Origin: Octopus vulgaris
Lineage: Eukaryota
Length of the DNA: 64,000 nt
Reading direction: 5' to 3'
Assembly: GCA_951406725.2 (NCBI GenBank)
Contig: OX597821.1
Span: 115,258,001 to 115,322,000 of the forward strand
Shown here in pieces: positions 54,728 to 64,000 of this stretch (its first letter is position 1; every line of letters begins with the position of its first letter). Both the position numbers and the translations under genes were made by a program. The notes below the pieces were generated by a model. It ran no database searches. It saw nothing but the letters and a program-made list of their open reading frames with translations, and had not been told where the DNA came from.

Positions 54728-57723
54728 TCATCATCATCATCATCATCATCATCGTTTAGCGTAGAATAATATATATATATATATATATATGTACATACAC
54801 ACATATATATGTACATACACATACACATGATGTACACGTGTGGATGTGGAAATAGCTTTAGAATATCAGGTGTTGTGAAGAAAACTAAAAACTTGTAGGA
54901 ATCTTTCTGGTGTCAAGCACTTTGTGTCCAAATCTCTGCCAGTGATTGTATATGCAGTGAGTGACTGACTGTTGCTGCAGTTGGACAAAAAACGGTGAGT
55001 GACCTCAAATATTTCACAGACTCTGATATACTTTATAGATTCTTTAGCAATGAAAGACATAAATTTAAGCAACACAATCTATCTGCTTGTTTTCTCTTTT
55101 GTCATAAAAAAGCCTCTGCATTTCCTTGTCTCTGTGTTTCTATAGCAAAGATAATAAAAGAAATAAATTAGAATTTATGACGAAAATACAAAGCTGTAAT
55201 TCTGTAGTTGTTTAGCATAGATTTTGTTTTTTGGTTTCCATTTGTCTGGAAATTAGATAAAATATTTACATCTCTGGGCAGTTGTTCATGAAAACGGTTG
55301 TAAATAACATTCTTACTTATTCCATAGCAAAAAATAATAACCTGGCTTTTGTCTCCATACTAGTTTGATGGATGTGTTTGGAATGCTCACAGGTATCACT
55401 TAGAAAAGTAAGTCATATCTACCAGAAGCTCGGTGGACTGGGCCTCTCAGATTTAAGTGCCTGAACCAAATAACCTTTGTACAAATTATAGCTCCAGTGT
55501 CAATGCTTCATGAATCCTGTTAGTTGGTCTCTAGAACCATAACTATTCACAAATAAGTGTATTGGTAGAAGAAATTCTACTGTCATTAGGTGTTATCATC
55601 ACAATTTCCAGTCTTCTGTTTTGATATAATTTTCGTTTGATGGTGGAACTTGAAGTAGATAGAGCTATAAGTTGCATGTAGAATTTCAGGATGAAAAAAA
55701 TCTCTTGGATTAAAGAAAAGTTGAAGACTACCTACAGGACTGAAATGCATATTTTCTGTAAACCTGAGAATCTCATCATACACATCCTCATTATCATCAT
55801 CATTTAACATCCATTGTCTATGATGGCATGGATTGGACGGTTTGACTGGGCTGCATCAGATTCCAGTCTGATTCGGCATGGTTTTTTACAGCTGGATGCC
55901 CTTCCTAATGCCAACCACTCCGAGAGTGTAATAGGTACTTTTACGTGGCCTGCAAATATATAAAAGGCTTCCAACCTTTGCTACGCATGGAAGACTGATG
56001 TCGAATGACAATGATGATGATGTTTATTTTAAGTTCCTGCCTCCCAAATTCACTCACAAGGCTTTGGTCAGTCCGGAGCTGTGGTAGAAGACACCCAAGG
56101 TGCCACACACTGAGAATGAACCCAAAACCATGTGTTGGAGAAGCAAGCTTCTGAACCAGACAGCTTTGTCTGTGTATATCTATCTATGGAACTATCTCAA
56201 GTGTATATACATCACCCTGCTGTTTGAGGTCCATGACAGCTATTTCATGTATATCAAATACATCCATCTTAAACATTAGCAGACACTATATAACACAATA
56301 CCACAATCAATGTTAGGATTAATTCAAACAATAGGGTTGGCTAATCTGGTTAGACATTTCTGATGATAATCTTCTCTGTGACTAAGCTATTAATAATCCC
56401 AAATAATCCCTAAATATATTTAGGGAACCTTGATTAACTGATAGCAAAATAAATGTTCTTAGGTTTAAAACATTTTTCTTTTTTTCTTTTTTTTTTTCTA
56501 AGTTTCACACAGTATTCTTTGCCAGTGAAGTAGTGGTTGTCAACCAGGGTCTATGGAAACAAAACAGCAAACTGAGGACCCACGGTAGTTTAAGGATCCA
56601 TGAAAATGTTTTGCTCTAGTTGTGTGTTTTGCAAGAAACAGCTAAATTTCTTTCTCTAACATTTTACATAGTTCAACCTGCACAAGGGAATATGTGTGAA
56701 AAGCTAAATAGGAATTTTGAAAGAAGATTCTATGAAACTCATTTAAAAACATTGAATGGTTGTGGGGGTCCATAGATAAAAAAAAAAAAATGCTAGTATA
56801 AAGGAAGAGCAATTTTCTTTCTTTTTTTTTTTTGAAATTTTACTTTAATCAAAATCTTTTTATTTGTTCTTAAGAGAATGTCTTTTATAACTGCATTTGT
56901 GCTTTCAAATGTCACCATTATTTTTGTTCTTCTCATTAACTGTTGGCCATTTTTTCTTTCTCTTTTGTTTCCATGCTTAACCTTGCTTTTTGGTTTTCCA
57001 CCTTTTTACCTAATTTTCTCTCTGGTATATTTTTGCTCCTCATTCTTTTAATCAAATGCAATCTCTTCCTGCCCAACCATTTCTATTGCACACGCACCCA
57101 TCCACTTACTGCCTTCTTCAATGTGCAGTTTTTCTCACATTTCCCCTCTCTCTCTCTCTCTCTCTCTCTCATGAACATTCTTATACTCTCCTTGCCAACT
57201 CTAAACAACCCTAAGTGTCCCCTTAACCCTTCTCTTTCTATATTCCTGTTGCAATCTTTTTTTTTTCTCTTTATTTTTCACTTGCTTCAGATATTAGACC
57301 ATGGCCATACTGGGGCACCACCTTGAAGAATTTTAGTCAAATAAATTGACCCCTATACTTATTTCTATTTTAAGCTTGATATTTATTTTATTGGTCTCTT
57401 TTGCTAAGCTGCTAAGTAGAGGGATGTAAACATGCCAACACTGCTTGCCAAGCAGTGGTGGCAGACAAAGACAAACACACACACATACACACATATGACA
57501 GGCTTCTTTCAGTTTCCGTCTACCAAATCCACTCACAAGGCTTTGGTCGGCCTGAGGTTGTAGTAGAAGACATTTGCCCAAGGTGGCACATAGTGGGACC
57601 GAACAATCTTTCTTTCAATTAATTTTGAAAATAATAATTTATTACTTGTCATTATTAAACTGGGGTTTAGGACATTAATTAAGATAAAATTTTGATACAA
57701 GTGTTTAATTTCGATCACTTTAA

Positions 57724-58167
57724 CCCTTTTGTTACCATATTTCTGCTGAAAAACAGTTTTCATCATCATCATTCATCACCCACTTTCCATGCTAGCATGG
57801 GTTGGACGATTTTGACTGAGGGCTGGCGAACCAGATGGCTGCACCAGGCTCCAATCTTGATCTGGCAGCTGGATGCCCTTCCTAACGCCAACCACTCCGA
57901 GAGTGTAGTGGGTACTTTTTATGTGCCACCGGCACAGGGGCCAATCAGGCGGTACTGGCAACGACCTCACTCAAATCTTTTTACACGTGCCAGTGAAGCG
58001 ACAATTAATTTAGAAAAATAATGAAGACTTTAGTAAAATGAAATTGCCATATTAAAATGGTATTTGGGATGTAAATTTTTGTGAAATGTTTTAATTTAGA
58101 GCATCTTAAAGCAAAAGGTTTATGACACAGAAACAGGGTTGGTTTCAAGAATGTTGCTATGAAAGGG
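57724..58167 (+). mobile_element. piggyBac-type MITE with nested SINE C
   Basis: TTAA|CCCTTTTGTTACCATATTTCTG ... gctatgaaaggg; SINE at ~57761-57995. Confidence 0.7.
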
Positions 58168-58899
58168 TCTAAATCTCTGTTAGATACCTAACAAGTATCT
58201 GATTCTTCTTTCAAGTGAACGTCACCTGTTGGTTTGATATTTACCTGTTAACCCATTCCTCTCTGTGATCTGACAATTTCTTCAGTGAAGAACCTTGTTT
58301 AAATGATTACCCAAAGCAGGTCTTCAACAAGTCCCTCTTTTTGCCCTGCATCTTGTACTTCCTTTATTTCTAATCAACTTTTTCTTGGCCACATCAAACG
58401 AAATCATTTCCTCTCCACTGGCCGCTGGTAACGGTGGTGGTGGTGGAGGTGGTGGTGGTGTTGCTGCTGCTGCTGCTGCTGGTCTCATCATCTCTCAGTT
58501 CCTCCTCCCCTTCCTCCCCCTCTACCCACATTTTCTTTGTGTTCTTTGTTGTTCAATAACAGATCAATGAAACTGCCATTGATATTCAGATGATTTCCTT
58601 CAACACTGCATTGAAGGGTTTACAAGATAACATAATGGTACATTCATATATGTGTGTGCCTACATGTATGTATGTGTGCATCTGTATGGCCTTATATGTA
58701 TTTATACGTGTGTGTGTGTGTATGTGTGTCCTTTTGTTTTTGCACTCACATCACAGACAGGCGTTGCATAAATTCTCACACTTACACACACATTTAAAGC
58801 TTTGGTTAAAACGAACCCTTTGCCTGCATTTGCGCATATGGTGTAGAAGCAGATGCAAGCATGCAACTTAATATCAGCTGAGTTTGTGTGAGCGTGCAT

Positions 58900-59048
58900 G
58901 CATTTATGTCAGCATGCATGCGTGTGTGTGTGTGTGTGTGTATGTGTTCGCAATATGTGTACACGCGTATGTAATTGAATGTGTTAAATAAGGTTTAATG
59001 TTTCGTGCATGTCTTCTGATTCTGTGACGTTTGACAAACACACTCGTT

Positions 59049-59093
<45 letters not shown>

Positions 59094-59251
59094 TGTGTGT
59101 GTGTGTGCTTGAAATTTAGTTCAAGAAAACTAAACATGGCCAAAGACAGGCTGTTGTAGTTTGATGTTGTTGTTGTTATTGTTGTTCTAGTAGCTGTGAC
59201 GATGTTGTGCTGTCACAGTGGTGTAGTGCAGGTAAGCAGCTGCCACAGTTC

Positions 59252-59308
<57 letters not shown>

Positions 59309-60315
59309 CTGCCAAAGTGATGGAGATGACAGTCGCAGGCCACAGCAAGATGAGCCAAATGAATCTGAGACAGCGGAAGTGAAGGTGGTGGGGACGACGA
59401 CGACGGCGGCGGCGGCGATGCTGGTGGTGGAAAGGATGACAACCAGCAATAAAAGGTGGTGGTGGTGGTGGTGGTGAGAGGGGAGGCTTACGTGAGAGAG
59501 GTGTTACGGATCATATTAATGTGTAACCCTCCCCCCCCCCATCTCTGCAATAGGACAGTGGCGACGGTGGCGGCGATGGCGCAGCGGCTTATTTAACATA
59601 ATCTTTTGTTTATATTACTTTTTTAAATTCGAGTTTCCCCTTCGACACCCCCTTCTCTCTCTCTCTCTATTCCTCCTCTCCATCGATCTTTCCTTTCCTC
59701 TCTCTCTCTCTCTCCTCTAACTGCTCCTCTCCTATTCATTCTTCGTTTTCCTTTTTATTAAGCTTTCTCTCTCTCTCTCTCTCTCTTCTCTATTCCCTCT
59801 CGCTCTTTTCTCTTCCCTCCTCCTCCTCGCCTTCTTCTTCACATCTTTCCTTACCTGTCCTTACTTCTACCCAATTAATTACTCTTATTTTCGTCTTTAT
59901 ATCGTTATTACCTTCATCCCGTATATTTATTTATTTATTCCCACTCGCCCCCCTCCCTCTCTGTTTCATCCTTCCCTCCCTCCCTCTCTCTCTCTCTCTC
60001 ACTCTATCTCCCTTTCCCCCACTTCTCTCTCTCTCTCTCTCTCTCTTCCTTCTTCATTTCCCTCTCTGGCCATCAACGTATCTTTCTTTCTTTCTTTCTT
60101 TCTCTCTCTCTCTCTTTCTCTCTCTCTCTGTCTTCTGGCTTTTGTTTACAAGATTTCTTCATTCCTGCATCTCTATGATTATCGTTGTCTGCTCGCCTCT
60201 AACTTTGCCTCGGTGATATGTTTGCAAGGGTAAGTCTCTCTTTCCGTCTCTCAATACCAACGATACACAAATATTATTTATTTTCTTATCTTCTGCTCTC
60301 GTCTCTTTCTTTGCT

Positions 60316-60362
<47 letters not shown>

Positions 60363-60720
60363 TATTATTATCATCATTATTGTTGTTATTACTAATTGCT
60401 TCCTTCTTTTTATCACTTCTTTGCCATCTATCGTCTCCTCCTCCTCCGCCTCCTCCGCCTCTTGCCGATCATGTCCACTTAAGAACCGGTATCTCTTTGG
60501 TATCTCTTCGGTGTCTCTTCGGCAAACAGATGCTTGTTTCTAGTTTAGAGGCGAACACTCTTCAGCATCTTTTGTGATTTTATTTGCTTTGCTTGTTCGT
60601 TCGATCGTTTTTCTTTTGTTTTCCTTGCAACTAGAAGAATAGTGTTGTGTGCCTTTGTCTTGGGGAGAGAGAGAGAGAGAGAGAGAGAATCGCTGGAACA
60701 TGCGTCTCTACAAATATGTA
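58900..60720. promoter_or_regulatory. Candidate promoter/first-exon region
   Basis: No SINE recognised, more CpG than the surroundings, (GA)n/(CT)n tracts, ETS-like GCGGAAGTG, strong unpaired splice donors at 59232 and 60230. Confidence 0.35.
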
Positions 60721-60834
60721 TAGGTAAATATTAAAGCGGTATACCTGCGGTAGAAAGAAAGGTAGATACATAGGTAGTTAGACAAATAGGTAGGTAGATT
60801 TGCTTGGTAGATATAGGCAAAGGGGTAGGTAGGT

Positions 60835-60835
60835 T

Positions 60836-60883
<48 letters not shown>

Positions 60884-60905
60884 TGTAGATATGTAGATAG
60901 ATATG

Positions 60906-60944
<39 letters not shown>

Positions 60945-61134
60945 ATAGATATGTAAATAGATAGAAAGATAGTTATGTAAATAGAGAGATAGAAAGATAG
61001 ATATGTAAATAGATAGATAGAAAGATAGTTATGTAAATAGAGAGATAGAAAGATAGATATGTAAATAGATAGATAGAAAGATAGATATGTAAATAGATAG
61101 ATATGTAAGATAGATAGATAGAAAGATAGATATG

Positions 61135-61169
<35 letters not shown>

Positions 61170-61170
61170 G
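60835..61170. repeat. (GATA)n microsatellite with higher-order ATGTAAATAG units
   Basis: Direct inspection; (TATC)n/(GATA)n also at ~62385-62535 and ~62721-62785. Confidence 0.9.
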
Positions 61171-61732
61171 GTATTTGTTAGAATTTAGGTAGTAGATTGG
61201 AAAAAAATGTAGTTGAACATATAGATTAAGAGACAGACAGAAAGATAGATAGATACTTTCGTTCATTCACAGAGAGAAAAACACTGAATACGAGGTATGT
61301 TTGCACTAATTGAAGAAAGTAAGATATAGGGAGATCTACATACAAATGCATGCATGCACAAATGCTCCTTATTGGAGAAAAAGGGGGAAGATTGAAAGAA
61401 GAGAGAGAGAGAGTTGAGGGAATTGGTGTGCATTTTGTCTAAGTGAATGTATAGTGAACAGATCACCAGCCAATATGTAAGTATGTATAATATATATATA
61501 CCTCTAGCTTGTTAATTCCAGCGCTTGTCAGGATTAATTACACTATTTATATGTGAGCGCGTGTCTGTATGTATATATATGTATGTATATACATACATAT
61601 ATGTAGGGACGAAGAAAACTTACGTGTATTACTTTCTAGCTAGCTGTTGTTCTCTTGTTGATGATGATGTCTGTCTATCTGTCTATCTATCTGTGTATCT
61701 CTCTCTCTGTCTCTCTCTCTCTGTCTCTCTCT

Positions 61733-61764
<32 letters not shown>

Positions 61765-62060
61765 CTGCCTGCCTGCCTGCCTGTCTGTCTAGTCATCAGT
61801 CTGTCTATCTGTCCATCTGTTTGGTGCATGTATTCTTGTCTTACATTTACAAAGCTAAAATCAAGCCATAAAACTTTTTTTTTTAATTCCTTCCTTTGTC
61901 ATTTACTTTCTCTTTCTCTTTTTCCTCTTCTGCCCTCCATCTGTTTGTCTCTTTCTCTCTGTCTGTCTGTCTGTCAATCTGTTTGCCTTTCTATCTCTCC
62001 ATAATACATTAAAAATATACACATAAATGTACACACATACACACAGCACAAATATACACT

Positions 62061-62114
<54 letters not shown>

Positions 62115-62457
62115 CATACATACATGCACACACACATGCATGTATGTGTGCAATATGCAATACATACACATGCATATATGTGTGCAGTGTGCAAGTATAT
62201 GTGTATATAATTCTTTGTTGGCAGAAGTTACAGCTTGACCCAAGGACCAAAAGTTTGGTAAGTGCCAATGCATGAAACTCTCAGTCTTTGAGTCACTTTG
62301 TAACTTCTGCTGATTAAGAATAAAATATAAAATGTATACTCGTGTTTTGAGGTCTATTTGTCCTGTTTCTACTACCAAATTTACCTATCTATCTGTCTGT
62401 CTGTATCTATGTATATCTATCTATCTACCCATCTATCTCTCTCCCTGTCTGTGTGTG

Positions 62458-62517
<60 letters not shown>

Positions 62518-62720
62518 ACTATATATCTATCTATCTAGATAATCAAAATAAGCAACAAGGATATCCAAGGTAGAGTAGTGCAATTGTTTCATGCTACTTC
62601 ATTTTATTAAACACTGTAAGCATATCATCAGTTTTAAAATGTCGAGCAATCTTCAGCCACATATAGAATTTTCCAATTAAACGGACAATGCACATTCTTA
62701 TCCCTATTTCATTTGCCAAC

Positions 62721-62785
<65 letters not shown>

Positions 62786-63617
62786 CATACGGACAGATAG
62801 ACACTGCCTTCCTTAGTTGACAATGGCATCTGTCAACAACATAGAACAATTTTAAGATTTTGTGCTTTGTTAACATGTCTGTCTGTCTCTTTGTCTCTTT
62901 CTTTCTCTCTGGCAGGCTTAAACTTTAGATAGAGTTTATATATGTGTATGTCATGAAATGTATGTGTGTGTATATATATGTGTGTGAGTGTACCTATGTA
63001 AGGTGAGATATGTATGTAATTTCTGTCTGTATTCATGCATGACTTGAAGGATGGATGGATGAATGGTTCTACACATCCTTCTTCCTTTCTTTCTCTCTCT
63101 CTCTCTCTCTTTTGAGATGTCTGGAAATGGCTATCATCACTACAGTTTAACCTGGTGATGGTGGTGGTGGTGGTCATGGTGGAGAGTCTGCTGTTCATTT
63201 CTCTTTAACAATTACACAAATCCTGAATAGAAAAAAAAAATATCCAAAAACAAAAACAAAGTAAAAAAAAGAAAAAGAGAGCACTGACTGTTGTCATTGG
63301 AAACAATGGCCAAACCAACATGGAAACATCTCATTCTTCAACTACTTTTTGTTCTTTTATACCATTCCAAGATTACTTTATTAATGCATTGACAGAATAA
63401 TAATATCATCATCACCATCATCATTACAAAGGTGACTAGCTGGCAGAATCCTTAGCATGCTGGACAAAATGCGAAGTGGCATTTCATTTATCTTTTACAT
63501 TCTGAGTTCAAATCCCACCAAGGTTGACTTTGCCTTTCATCCTTTTGGGGTTGATTAATTAAGTACCAGTGAAATACTGGGGTCGATGTAATTGACTTAT
63601 CCCCTCCCCCAAAATTG

Positions 63618-64000
63618 TTGTGGAAAATTTGGAAACTTCCCTCTCCACCCTCAACTTCCTTCTCAAGTGAAACTTATTGCGAATACAATACGCAAACTGC
63701 TCCCTTATGGCCAGGGGGGGAAGGCAATAAGAGTGGAAAAGGGGAAACCTTATTGAAAGGTGGATGAATGTTGGAAGAATGCCCAGTGTGAAAGGACCAA
63801 TTCTGAGCATGCACCTGTAAACAAAAGGAGAAGGGCTCTTGCCCTGTTGTTCAGGCACCTGTGACTTTTGTGGGTTTTTTCACGGGGTCCTTAATGTGCC
63901 TCCCCTATTGGGAGTTTTAAATTGTTTAGTTTTAATTGTTATTATATTATTTACACGTAAAACCCATTGTATCGTCCTACTTTTATCTTTTATGTGTTTT
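63618..64000 (+). mobile_element. Probable LINE (L1/Tx1-like) 3' end
   Basis: ERWMNVGRMPSVKGPILSMHL* followed by a UTR-like tail; family assignment is from recall only. Confidence 0.35.

Noticed and set aside
59196-59477. 93-aa ORF with ER repeat and poly-Trp
   Set aside because: Reads through a strong splice donor into (GA)n and (GGT)n; only its first codons are kept as a candidate exon.

Overview
AT-rich, repeat-dense animal genomic DNA, very probably octopus/coleoid cephalopod (inferred from the SINE, R4/Dong, RTE and Penelope repeat content plus abundant (TA)n/(CA)n/(ATT)n/(GATA)n microsatellites). The only host coding sequence I can support is one 106-nt + strand exon (5081-5186) encoding the syntrophin-binding segment of a dystrobrevin (...DDEHRLIVRYAARLAA...). 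The rest reads as intron filled with decayed transposons: mariner, DD37D/maT, piggyBac, hAT- and Tigger-like MITEs, a Helentron/DINE-like element, R4/Dong, RTE, CR1 and several tRNA-derived SINE families. Main points of interest: (1) several minimal hammerhead-ribozyme motifs of the Penelope type, including one with an intact core at 30433-30513 and one carried by a tRNA-headed SINE; (2) three long near-perfect foldback hairpins; (3) a SINE-free, CpG-richer block at ~58.2-63.3 kb with candidate phase-0 alternative first exons, one encoding a GAP-43-like MLCC N-terminus. Almost all ORFs in the supplied track are microsatellite or repeat artefacts. Repeat boundaries were read by eye and are approximate.
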